Positions 9,065 to 18,203 are shown, numbered from the stretch's first letter. The stretch: 64,000 nucleotides of DNA from an uncultured Nonlabens sp. (GCA_947491755.1 CANLKV010000005.1:27103-91102), one strand, 5' to 3'. Notes: generated by a model not told the origin, from the letters alone. Program-made: numbers and translations.

Positions 9065-9625
9065 ATGGAATACCTACTTAAAGAGCCATGGCCATGGTAC
9101 GCTGCAGGACCGCTTATTGCACTTACTTTAATGATATTATTATTATTGGGCAAGACCTTTGGCATGTCGTCTAATCTTAGGACAGCTTGTGCTGCAATGG
9201 GTGCCGGCAAGGCTTCTGACTTTTTTAAATTTGACTGGAAATCGCAACGCTGGAACTTACTTGTGGTACTGGGAGCGATAATCGGTGGCTGGATTGCTGC
9301 AACCTATATGAGTACTAGCACGGTCGCAATCAATCCACAAACTGCAGCACAGTTAGCTACAGATTATGGCATCACCAGCGCAGGGACCGCCTACCTACCT
9401 CCTGAAATTTTTGCATCTGTTAATTTAACAAGTCTTGAAAATTGGCTCATCTTAATAGGAGGTGGATTTCTGGTAGGTTTTGGCGCACGATACGCTGGTG
9501 GTTGCACCTCTGGTCATGCCATTACAGGATTGAGTAATCTACAACTGCCATCATTAGTTGCGGTCATCGGGTTTTTTATAGGTGGTTTAGTGATGATCAA
9601 CTGGATTTACCCACTAATTTTTTAA
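9065..9625 (+). CDS. YeeE/YedE family sulfur-compound transporter subunit
   Basis: PWPWYAAGPLI and GFGARYAGGCTSGHAI motifs. Confidence 0.9.
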   Translation: MEYLLKEPWPWYAAGPLIALTLMILLLLGKTFGMSSNLRTACAAMGAGKASDFFKFDWKSQRWNLLVVLGAIIGGWIAATYMSTSTVAINPQTAAQLATDYGITSAGTAYLPPEIFASVNLTSLENWLILIGGGFLVGFGARYAGGCTSGHAITGLSNLQLPSLVAVIGFFIGGLVMINWIYPLIF

Positions 9626-9627
9626 AC

Positions 9628-10041
9628 ATGAAAACATTATCTTATTTGATCACAGGAATATTTTTTGGCATTGTTATGTTTAAGTCAGAGGCTGCATCCT
9701 GGTTTCGTATTTACGAGATGTTTACTTTCGGTAGTTTTCATATGTACGGTATTATAGGTTCTGCTTTAATACTAGGAATTATTGGTATTCAGATTTTAAA
9801 AAAAACAAATAGTAAAGCCCTAGGTGGTCAGGAATTGCAACTAGCGGCAAAAGATCGTAGTTACCCTAGATACTTGCTAGGCGGAGTGATTTTTGGACTG
9901 GGCTGGGCACTTGCAGGCGCTTGTCCAGGCCCCATGTACGTGTTGCTAGGCGCCGGCTACGGCTCGATAGCTCTGGTTATTATAGGTGCGCTCATAGGCA
10001 CTTTTACTTATGGCGTTTTGAGAAATAAATTACCTCATTAA
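9628..10041 (+). CDS. YeeE/YedE family partner subunit (DUF6691-like)
   Basis: GGVIFGLGWALAGACPGP motif. Confidence 0.85.
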   Translation: MKTLSYLITGIFFGIVMFKSEAASWFRIYEMFTFGSFHMYGIIGSALILGIIGIQILKKTNSKALGGQELQLAAKDRSYPRYLLGGVIFGLGWALAGACPGPMYVLLGAGYGSIALVIIGALIGTFTYGVLRNKLPH

Positions 10042-10045
10042 TCCA

Positions 10046-11503
10046 TCACGCCATTCTATTGATCATGGAGTGGGCAGATAAAATACGTAAGGCCTCCCAT
10101 TGTACTTTAGGATTATTACGATAGGAATAAATGACGTCTGCAGCATGTTTTCTCGTCACTGCAATATCCACAATAGGTCTGGGGTAATCGATGCCATAAT
10201 TAAAATCATGGTATTCGTTTAATTCTTGTTCCAGCAGCCACGGTTCCCTAGCAAACCGGGCAGACAATGGCCTCAACTCTGGAATGTATTGCTTTATAAA
10301 CAAGGCATCGGGATCATGATCCTGTGCCCCTTTTACTGGATTGTAAATGCGCAAGGTGTTTGTGCCAGTTAGTCCTGCTTGCATCTGGAATTGCCCGTAA
10401 TGAATACCAGGTTCCCAATCTAGAAAGCAGGCTGCCAGATAGGCACTGCCTGTGGTAAAATGTTGGAACAGATGGTGGCATAAAAATGAGACTACTAGCG
10501 CACGCATCCTGAAGTTGATATAACCCGTTTCTCGCACGGCGCGCATCGCAGCATCAACTAGCGGGTATCCCGTTTTTCCCTCTTTCCACGCTTTTACATA
10601 ATCGGCATTGTAGGGGTATTTGAGCGATTGATATCCACGATTGATTGCTTCAAACTCGATGCGTGGTTCCTGTTCAAATTTTTGAATAAAATGGCTTTGC
10701 CATCGCAACCTGCTGCTAAAGGCACTGAGTGATTTTTTATAAGGAGTTTTAACTCTCTCATTTTCAGTACGCTGAAACACTTGCCGAATGGATACATTTC
10801 CCCAGGCGATGTATGGGGACAAACGACTACAGCTCATACGCGACAGTAAGGGTTTTGAAATATGGGCTGCATAAAACCTGGAGCGTTGTAAAAAAAATGA
10901 GTCCAACCATTGATGGGCCTGGCGTTCCCCACCTTGTTGAAATCTTTGTGAGCTAACTGTTAAATCAAGCGGTGTAAAGAGGTTTAAAAAGGAGTCCGCT
11001 TTCGCGAAAGCGAAATTACCCAAAGCTACATTACACAAGGGCTTGCACATATACTCATACCAATCTTGAGACCAGGTACTACGATTTTTTGCCCCACGAA
11101 CGACTCCATTGTTTTGAAATTCCTGCCAGATGACCTTATGGGTTTTACACCATTTTTTTACCTGCTTATCACGCGTGTAGGTGTGATCCAGTCCAGACTC
11201 TTCTGTGCTATGGATGCGCCCTATACCGTGGTGTCTATGTAGTTTTTCAAAAAAGGGAATCGCATCTTCTGTGACGGCCATGACCTGTGCGTTGTATCGC
11301 GCTAGGCTTGCATTCATATCTTCTAGCGACTGCTTTACAAAATTTAAATGCCGCTGTGAATAATGAGCATTACGCCATATGCTAGGTTCGTGCAAATAAA
11401 CCAATAAGACAGGATTATCTAAGGTTTGAAAGGCTTGTAATCCTTCTAGATCTGACAGTCGCAAATCTCTTTTGAACCAGTAAATATGAAGACCTGCCCC
11501 CAT
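10046..11503 (-). CDS. Cryptochrome/photolyase family protein
   Basis: YWFKRDLRLSD, SRLSPYIAWG, TGYPLVDAAMR, LRIYNPVK; -7 element TAAATTTG at 11524-11531. Confidence 0.88.
   Translation of the reverse strand: MGAGLHIYWFKRDLRLSDLEGLQAFQTLDNPVLLVYLHEPSIWRNAHYSQRHLNFVKQSLEDMNASLARYNAQVMAVTEDAIPFFEKLHRHHGIGRIHSTEESGLDHTYTRDKQVKKWCKTHKVIWQEFQNNGVVRGAKNRSTWSQDWYEYMCKPLCNVALGNFAFAKADSFLNLFTPLDLTVSSQRFQQGGERQAHQWLDSFFLQRSRFYAAHISKPLLSRMSCSRLSPYIAWGNVSIRQVFQRTENERVKTPYKKSLSAFSSRLRWQSHFIQKFEQEPRIEFEAINRGYQSLKYPYNADYVKAWKEGKTGYPLVDAAMRAVRETGYINFRMRALVVSFLCHHLFQHFTTGSAYLAACFLDWEPGIHYGQFQMQAGLTGTNTLRIYNPVKGAQDHDPDALFIKQYIPELRPLSARFAREPWLLEQELNEYHDFNYGIDYPRPIVDIAVTRKHAADVIYSYRNNPKVQWEALRILSAHSMINRMA
10997..11012. 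repeat. 16-bp palindrome copy, perfect, inside the photolyase-family gene (AFAKA)
   Basis: CGCTTTCGCGAAAGCG. Confidence 0.95.
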
Positions 11504-11700
11504 TTTGCTTGCTTTTGTCTACACAAATTTAAGCACTGGCCTCTGATTTTGATTTCTTGCGTTCTTTATACCATGAGTATCCTTGCCATACTACTTGTGC
11601 TACTGTCAAAATCCTGAATAACTTTTTCATTTTTATTTTAATATACAGCTATTAGTGCGATGATAAACAGTAGTTTGCGTTAGTTTAACGACATAAAAAG

Positions 11701-12237
11701 TTAAAGAAAGTCCAGGATCTCTGGTTGTAATTTTTCCTCTCCATTTTCTTGCGTGTGTAGGACGCTCACATCGCCAGTGCTTTCTAGCACGGCAGCCTTT
11801 ACTTGAGAGAATTGCAAGACGTTTGCCTCTCGCAATTTTGCCATTAATTCCGATCGATGCAAATTTGTTTTTGACAGATTTTCTTCTAAAATTTTACCAT
11901 CCTTCATCAACAAAACAGGCTCGTTTGTCGCACACTGCCGAAATTTATTAGATCGCCGCTGTACCACTGCAAAGCCTATTTGAAAACAAACGATAGTGAT
12001 CAATCCCACAGCACCATTGCCTATAGAAACCGTTGGATTGAGTGATATAGACCCTAGTATGGTTCCTATAGCAATGGTAGTTGCAAAATCAAAACTGGTC
12101 ATTTTTGCAAAAGTGCGCAGACCCGCTATCCTTGTGACTAGTATGAGTATAAGAAAAATAACCACCACACTTATTACAATAATAAGAGATGTATCAAAGC
12201 CTGGTAATAACCAGGTATCTATGTCAGAGAGTTTCAT
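11701..12237 (-). CDS. DUF421 (YetF-like) membrane protein
   Basis: GLRTFAKMTSFDF, PVLLMKDGKILEENL, AVLESTGDVSV. Confidence 0.88.
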   Translation of the reverse strand: MKLSDIDTWLLPGFDTSLIIVISVVVIFLILILVTRIAGLRTFAKMTSFDFATTIAIGTILGSISLNPTVSIGNGAVGLITIVCFQIGFAVVQRRSNKFRQCATNEPVLLMKDGKILEENLSKTNLHRSELMAKLREANVLQFSQVKAAVLESTGDVSVLHTQENGEEKLQPEILDFL

Positions 12238-12243
12238 AACTTA

Positions 12244-12879
12244 TTATTTTTCAGATTTTAGTAATTGATGTGCCGCATTAAACTGACTCTCGAGCGTTGA
12301 ATAATCTGTAAAGCCTCGAGTTACTACGGCGGCCTTATTATCGTCTACCAGCAATACAGTAGGAAACCCATTGACCTGCAGCTGGGCCGTTAATTTAAAA
12401 TCAGCCTCGGCTTTTTGACGGTATCGAGAGTCTTCCATCATTTGGGCAAATTGTTTGGTATCCAGCCCGTGAGCTGTTGCTAGATCAATATAGGTTTGTG
12501 ATTCAATGGGCTGGTGACCGTAGTAATAAATCGCCTTTTGTATATCTGCCGCAAATGCTAATTGACTGGCTGGACGCAACTCTTTAAAAGCAACCATTGC
12601 TATGGCAGCTGGTATGGAGGTAAAGATGGCACTTCCCTCTTCCAGTATATCGGTAAGAAATGATTCACCAAATTTTACTCCAGCGCGCTGTTCTACATCT
12701 TTATAAGCGCTAGAAATGTAGGCGGCAACTTCTCCAATAGGTCCTATACGATCACCAGTAATCATACCGCCAGACACGACCTCGCATTCTAATTTCTTAT
12801 CATTTACAAGCTGCTGGATCACGGGAGAAAAACCGTAACACCAGCCACATAAAGCATCATAAACATATATTATTTTCAT
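12244..12879 (-). CDS. DsbA/FrnE-family thioredoxin-fold protein, no signal peptide
   Basis: YVYDALCGWCYGF (CxxC) and cis-Pro loop GFPT. Confidence 0.88.
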   Translation of the reverse strand: MKIIYVYDALCGWCYGFSPVIQQLVNDKKLECEVVSGGMITGDRIGPIGEVAAYISSAYKDVEQRAGVKFGESFLTDILEEGSAIFTSIPAAIAMVAFKELRPASQLAFAADIQKAIYYYGHQPIESQTYIDLATAHGLDTKQFAQMMEDSRYRQKAEADFKLTAQLQVNGFPTVLLVDDNKAAVVTRGFTDYSTLESQFNAAHQLLKSEK

Positions 12880-12939
12880 AAGTAGGATTTTACAATTGTG
12901 ATTAGATCACAAATTCATTCACGTGTTAGTAGCTTATCA

Positions 12940-14103
12940 CTATAGATGTGTATCTTTTAATATGTTGAAACTTACGGGTACCTCGTGTTCCATAAGTATC
13001 TCAACGGCATTTGTAAGTGCTTTGTTAAGCACTGGGTCTTTACTCATATAATGATACATTTCTTTAAAACAATAACTTGCTAAAGTAGCGTTAGAAAGGT
13101 GCTGCACATATACAAAATGCTTACCGTCCATGCTATACGCATTATTGCCTTTTAAATCATTACGTTTGACCAGTAACTGGGTAATATAGTCAATAGCAGA
13201 TAAAGAGGTTCCTGGGTCATTTATTGCTGGAGAAGCGCCTTTTATAGCTACTTCTACCAGATGCTTAATTTCTGTCTCATTTAACTCCAGTGGAACCCGA
13301 GAATCAACAGAGACTTGTTTGCTAAAATTATGAGCCTGGTCGTCGATGGAAGAAGAAGTCCTGAGAAGCAATTGATTTTCCAACACAAACACGCCAGGCT
13401 GCACTTCTATTGAGATATGTGCCTGCTGCTTATAAGCAAGCTGTGCTAATGATTTTAATTCTGGTAGTTGTAGGTACCCACAATCTTTTGCTTTGATTGT
13501 ATCCCATGTTTTCATAGTTGTGGGCAACTGCTCTATAGTCCCATATTTTTCTAAATCCAGTAAGTCGTTTAAGTTTTTAAGCGAACGGTCATAACTTTTA
13601 CGCAGAATGTAATTGACGTGAATTGACTGTGAAACACTATGAATAAAATAGATAAACAGGAAAACACAGCAAATACTAAAAACTACACCTAAAAAAGCCC
13701 CAAATGGCGGAAATTCCCTGGTAGTATTACTGCTTACTGCTATGGACATAATCATAGCATATACAATAGTACCACTTGTAAAACCCAGTATAAGCTGGTG
13801 ATTGCGTTCTGATAGTATTAAAGGGATTAAACGTGGGGAGTAATTATTGATACTGCGATTGAGTACGTTCATTACCATAGTATAACTAAAAACAGTAAGA
13901 GTAAAAATACCACCGATGATAAAGGCAAAAATAAATTGCAATTCGGATGTACCTAAAATAACTACCGATTTAAAATATCCAGGCAGTAATTGATGGTCAA
14001 AAGGGAATATAATTTGAAGTACTGATAATAAAGCAAAAAATAGCGCTATGCCAGTAGGCAATAGCGCTATACTATTATAAATCCTGCGGATGATGGACAG
14101 CAA
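12940..14103 (-). CDS. DUF2254 family membrane protein
   Basis: YSPRLIP, AIKGASPAINDPGT motifs; N-terminal TM bundle; TTG start 1 nt after the ClR stop. Confidence 0.85.
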   Translation of the reverse strand: MLSIIRRIYNSIALLPTGIALFFALLSVLQIIFPFDHQLLPGYFKSVVILGTSELQFIFAFIIGGIFTLTVFSYTMVMNVLNRSINNYSPRLIPLILSERNHQLILGFTSGTIVYAMIMSIAVSSNTTREFPPFGAFLGVVFSICCVFLFIYFIHSVSQSIHVNYILRKSYDRSLKNLNDLLDLEKYGTIEQLPTTMKTWDTIKAKDCGYLQLPELKSLAQLAYKQQAHISIEVQPGVFVLENQLLLRTSSSIDDQAHNFSKQVSVDSRVPLELNETEIKHLVEVAIKGASPAINDPGTSLSAIDYITQLLVKRNDLKGNNAYSMDGKHFVYVQHLSNATLASYCFKEMYHYMSKDPVLNKALTNAVEILMEHEVPVSFNILKDTHL

Positions 14104-14104
14104 T

Positions 14105-14923
14105 TTAGGCTTCTTTAAATTCCATACCTAAACGACCCAGTGCTTGCTGGGCAGGCACATATCCTGCTGCGGCAGATTGCTTTATGGCTATGTAAGAAAT
14201 CATAAGTCCATAAACTACCTTACTAGAAATATCTGCAACAGTAAATAGAAATTGACGCAACACGACACCGTCTGCGGTATTCATAAAATAAGGAACCAGG
14301 TAAGCTATAGGATATAAAGTCCAGGCAAACATCATTAACCAGAAAACTTTTTTAATTGTGCTATCTGCACCTCCTAGCATGGTTGATCGTTGTGTAAAGA
14401 TTTTAGTTCCAACAATAAAGTTCATGATTACAAATAACACAGTACTTATTGCTCCCCATATCATGAGTTGACTTATATCTTCCACTTCATATAATTGACC
14501 TACATAACCAGTAATTATCATACCCCAGGCCGCAATAATCAACCATGTAGCGGTAGAAAATAACGATTTACCTTTAAGGTTGAGAACAATAAGCAATTGG
14601 GTTAATAAACAAGGAATTGTTGCCATCCAGTTGACATAACGGTAACCATTTGAAAAGGTTAAATCTTGCAATCTATATGCGCCATCTTTATAGGCAAAAG
14701 CATCAGTCCACATAGCTGCCTGGCTGTATAAAATAAGACCAGCACTTACCATTACTATACAAGATAGTGCGGTGGCCACTCTATATTTAGGAGCAACAAA
14801 TTGTGAAATGATTAGAAAGAAAAATAGCGCTGCAAAATGCACGCCTACTCCCATGGTTAATAAATGATCGATTAATTCAAATTGACCGGTTGTATAGTCA
14901 AAGAGATTTTCAATGTTATTCAT
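14105..14923 (-). CDS. Light-driven chloride pump rhodopsin, NTQ type (NM-R3/ClR-like)
   Basis: Helix C YRYVNWMATIPCLLTQL gives N-T-Q; retinal Lys in DISSKVVYG; 272 aa from MNNIENLF. Confidence 0.93.
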   Translation of the reverse strand: MNNIENLFDYTTGQFELIDHLLTMGVGVHFAALFFFLIISQFVAPKYRVATALSCIVMVSAGLILYSQAAMWTDAFAYKDGAYRLQDLTFSNGYRYVNWMATIPCLLTQLLIVLNLKGKSLFSTATWLIIAAWGMIITGYVGQLYEVEDISQLMIWGAISTVLFVIMNFIVGTKIFTQRSTMLGGADSTIKKVFWLMMFAWTLYPIAYLVPYFMNTADGVVLRQFLFTVADISSKVVYGLMISYIAIKQSAAAGYVPAQQALGRLGMEFKEA

Positions 14924-15152
14924 GTTGTTAATTTTGATTGTGTGTGCTAAATGTAGGACCGTGCCATTCATGACGGTGTGAACATTTCCTGAATTAGACT
15001 TTAATTAACGGAAAAAGACTCTTTTTAAGAGCTAATTATCTTAACAAAATGGATAATTGATAAAAATAAAGGGCTGAGAAAGATAATAACCTCTCAATTT
15101 TACAAAACAATTGCTAATGCTGATCGATGCTTTATCGGTAAAAAAGAGCACC

Positions 15153-15575
15153 TTATTTAGGATTGAGGTCACCCAGCAGTAAAAATGGCCTAAGCAGGCG
15201 TTGCATCTTGTCACTCACAGGATGCTTGTGGTTTGTAGCTAGAAATGTTTGTATTTGCTCCAGGTCTGCACCGGTTTTAACTACATTAAATTTTGAATCG
15301 TATTGATTGAATATAGGGTAATCAGTAGGTCCTTTGAATATTTCAAAAATTGAGTTGTGTCGCGGGTCTGCCTTGATCTTATCAAACAAAGTAGACACAT
15401 AGATCTCACTGCCCTCCAGCACTTGAAAAAAGTTCCCCTCGCTGTGCAATAATATTCCAGTAACATTAGCTTGAGTGTTATTCTGTACAGAGTAGGAAAA
15501 TAAATGCTCTAATATATCAGTGCTTAGATCTGTGGATGATTTACTGATATAACAAATGGAATAATACTGTTTCAT
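15153..15575 (-). CDS. Stand-alone BLUF domain protein 1
   Basis: CYIS (Tyr), NVTGILL, FFQVLEG (Gln), DPRH. Confidence 0.92.
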   Translation of the reverse strand: MKQYYSICYISKSSTDLSTDILEHLFSYSVQNNTQANVTGILLHSEGNFFQVLEGSEIYVSTLFDKIKADPRHNSIFEIFKGPTDYPIFNQYDSKFNVVKTGADLEQIQTFLATNHKHPVSDKMQRLLRPFLLLGDLNPK

Positions 15576-15731
15576 TAATGTAAAAAGGACAACTTTAAAT
15601 TTATCCTACAATATACGGCAAGATTTTTTTTATGATCAACTTTAATAATCAATTATATAAAAAAAGCTAGACAGGTTTTTAAGAAAATGTAGTTTTTATG
15701 GTTTGACCGCTTTTATTAAAAATCGCAGTAA

Positions 15732-16133
15732 CTATTCTAATCCTAGAAAGGATTCAATCTGGTGAACCATACCAGGTTTAACGGCGGTTTTCTTGCGGCG
15801 TTTTAAGTATTCTTTGATGACTATAACATCATATTCGGTAGAGATTAGGTTGAATTGCGAGCTGTATTCTTTAAAAACTGGATCTACCGTTCTCTCGTGA
15901 AACAATTCCACCAGGCTATCGTGACGACTATCTTCTTTGATTTTATTGTACAGTGACTCTACTGCCAGACGATCTCCTTCCAGTACCTGAAAGAAATTAC
16001 CCTCATTAAATAATAATAAACCATTGATGTTGCTAGAAACATTAGACCGACTGGAGTACTGTAGTAATTCTTGTATATCCTGTGTAGAAAGGTGATCTGC
16101 CGCTCTACTTATATAAGCAATAGTATATAACAT
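15732..16133 (-). CDS. Stand-alone BLUF domain protein 2
   Basis: AYIS, NINGLLL, FFQVLEG, DSRH. Confidence 0.92.
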   Translation of the reverse strand: MLYTIAYISRAADHLSTQDIQELLQYSSRSNVSSNINGLLLFNEGNFFQVLEGDRLAVESLYNKIKEDSRHDSLVELFHERTVDPVFKEYSSQFNLISTEYDVIVIKEYLKRRKKTAVKPGMVHQIESFLGLE

Positions 16134-16254
16134 ATTACTGTAAAAGTCCGAATAATTATGGACTCTACCTACTTCTTAGAGCACACACCGCTATCTTACC
16201 TAGATGGTGTGGACACCTTCACCTTATAGTTTTAAATAGGTAGGGTATTCAGTT

Positions 16255-16270
16255 CGCTTTCGCGAAAGCG
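16255..16270. repeat. 16-bp palindrome copy, perfect, intergenic; extends to a 24-bp palindrome at 16251-16274
   Basis: AGTTCGCTTTCGCGAAAGCGAACT in the divergent BLUF2/NaR intergenic region. Confidence 0.95.
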
Positions 16271-16465
16271 AACTCATCACCACAGCAGCATCACAATTTA
16301 CATTTTATTAAAAATATTATGAGATCTGTTATAAAATGGCTTATAAATAAAAGAATAAGTTAAAAATACAATGTATTTTATAATGTTTCATTAAAACGGA
16401 TCGTAAAATTTTTTAGACTAAAACTCTTGTCAGAACTTTAAAACAAATCGAAAAAACTTACAATC

Positions 16466-17305
16466 ATGCAACAATTAGGCGATGCAAATTTTGAAAATTA
16501 CATAGGAGCCACAGAGGGCTTTTCTGAGATGGCATATCAAATGACTTCTCACGTTCTTACATTAGGTTATGCTGTAATGCTAGCTGGTCTTTTATATTTT
16601 GTTCTTACGATAAAGAATGTAGATAAAAAGTTTCAAATGTCTAATATTTTGTCTGCCGTTGTTATGGTGTCTGCATTTTTATTGTTGTACGCACAAGCAG
16701 GCAACTGGACGGATAGCTTTACGTTTGATGCTTCTAGAGGAAAATATTTCTTGAATCCAGATGGGGATTTATTCAATAATGGTTATCGTTATCTCAACTG
16801 GCTGATTGATGTACCCATGCTGCTGTTTCAAATTTTGTTTGTAGTAACATTGACAAAATCAAAATTCAGCTCTATTCGTAATCAGTTTTGGTTTTCAGGT
16901 GCGATGATGATTATTACTGGATATATTGGACAATTTTATGAAGTGTCAGACAAGCCTCTCTTCTTCATATGGGGAGCAGTCTCTACCTTGTTCTTCTTCC
17001 ACATTTTATGGTTGATGAAAAAAGTAATCAACGAGGGTAAAGAGGGAATTTCTCCTAAAGGTCAGAAAATACTAAGTAATATCTGGGTTTTATTTTTAGT
17101 ATCGTGGTTCCTATATCCAGGAGCCTATTTAATGCCTTATCTAGGTGGCCTGGACGGGTTCTTGTATAATGAATCTGGTGTGGTAGGACGTCAAATCACT
17201 TACACGGTTGCTGATGTTTGCTCAAAAGTGATTTACGGTATTTTACTAGGTAATCTTGCAATGACTTTAAGCACTAAAAAGAATATCGAAAGTGTCAATG
17301 GATAA
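16466..17305 (+). CDS. Light-driven sodium pump rhodopsin, NDQ type (KR2/NaR-like)
   Basis: YRYLNWLIDVPMLLFQI gives N-D-Q; retinal Lys in DVCSKVIYG; KR2-like N-terminal helix NFENYIGATEG. Confidence 0.95.
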   Translation: MQQLGDANFENYIGATEGFSEMAYQMTSHVLTLGYAVMLAGLLYFVLTIKNVDKKFQMSNILSAVVMVSAFLLLYAQAGNWTDSFTFDASRGKYFLNPDGDLFNNGYRYLNWLIDVPMLLFQILFVVTLTKSKFSSIRNQFWFSGAMMIITGYIGQFYEVSDKPLFFIWGAVSTLFFFHILWLMKKVINEGKEGISPKGQKILSNIWVLFLVSWFLYPGAYLMPYLGGLDGFLYNESGVVGRQITYTVADVCSKVIYGILLGNLAMTLSTKKNIESVNG

Positions 17306-17321
17306 TTTTATCATCCAAGTT

Positions 17322-17354
17322 AAAAAAACCAGCGCAAGGCGCTGGTTTTTTTTT
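17322..17354 (+). terminator. Intrinsic terminator after the NaR gene
   Basis: AAAAACCAGCGC-aag-GCGCTGGTTTTT followed by a T-run. Confidence 0.85.
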
Positions 17355-17475
17355 TATTTAGGTGCAACCTGACAGCTTCAATAGTTTAAAATAACGATGA
17401 CCGTAAGTATTATCGAGAGATACCGGTAAATATGATAGGTACACACCATGGTAGCCATTGCTACAGAAGTTACAG

Positions 17476-18015
17476 CTAGACGAGTGAAAGGAATGACTCA
17501 CAACAATAATTGGGAATGGTTTTTTTATATTGAATCCATTTCTGACTTTGGTCAAAGCCTATGCCCTGTTACAGTAATGGACGACAATTAAGTTTTTACC
17601 TTTCCCACACAGTGCACTTGCTCACTTCGCACATCGATAGAGCCAATTGATAAGTATTTCTCAAGGTGGTGCGTAACGCATTTAGGCTTTCCCTATTGTA
17701 ACTATTGTCGAGAGCATAAAGTTCTTCGCCTTTATCTAGATTTTTAGAACTTAAAAATCCTTTAGAGTATTCTGATACTATTTATTTAAACCTTAACTAC
17801 ATATTTGCGGCATCAATGGGATAAAAATTAATTCTATGCCCATCCTCAAACAACTCAAATTTTAAGAATTGAATATTCCCTTTATCGTGTTTTTCAAGCA
17901 ATCTAAAATTACCATTAAGTGATTAGTTTAATTCCTGGATCATTGTAAGAGCGCCCTGATCCAAAAAAGCTACAATTTTATCAAGCTGTTTCTTTGGGAT
18001 ATCTATAATTTTTGT
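17476..18015 (-). pseudogene. Probable decayed ORF of unknown family
   Basis: One minus frame reads protein-like for about 180 codons (IPKKQLDKIVAFLDQGALTMIQELN*SLNGNFRLLEKHDKGNIQFLKFELFEDGHRINFY...) with only five TAA/TAG interruptions; boundaries approximate. Confidence 0.45.
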
Positions 18016-18152
18016 GGGATACACGTGTTAAAAACAGATATAATTATTTTTTGATCGTCATCCTTGTATTGATTTGAACAATAGTCAAGCACTATGTATT
18101 ATATTATACAAGTCCTGACTAACGAGTCAACTGTATCACAAGTGAATCAAAA

Positions 18153-18178
18153 AAAATCCAGCCTTAGGGCTGGATTTT
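18153..18178. terminator. Intrinsic terminator downstream of the PA2169-family gene
   Basis: AAAATCCAGCC-ttag-GGCTGGATTTT. Confidence 0.75.
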
Positions 18179-18203
18179 CACTAATTGAATAATTAATACC
18201 AGT

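Noticed and set aside
16184-16211. Hairpin CACACC...GGTGTG upstream of BLUF2 as a riboswitch or sRNA
   Set aside because: A single short imperfect stem with no recognisable aptamer motifs; insufficient evidence.
14105-17305. Retinal-forming dioxygenase (blh) near the rhodopsins or the crt cluster
   Set aside because: No Blh/Brp-like ORF found in this window; it is presumably encoded elsewhere.
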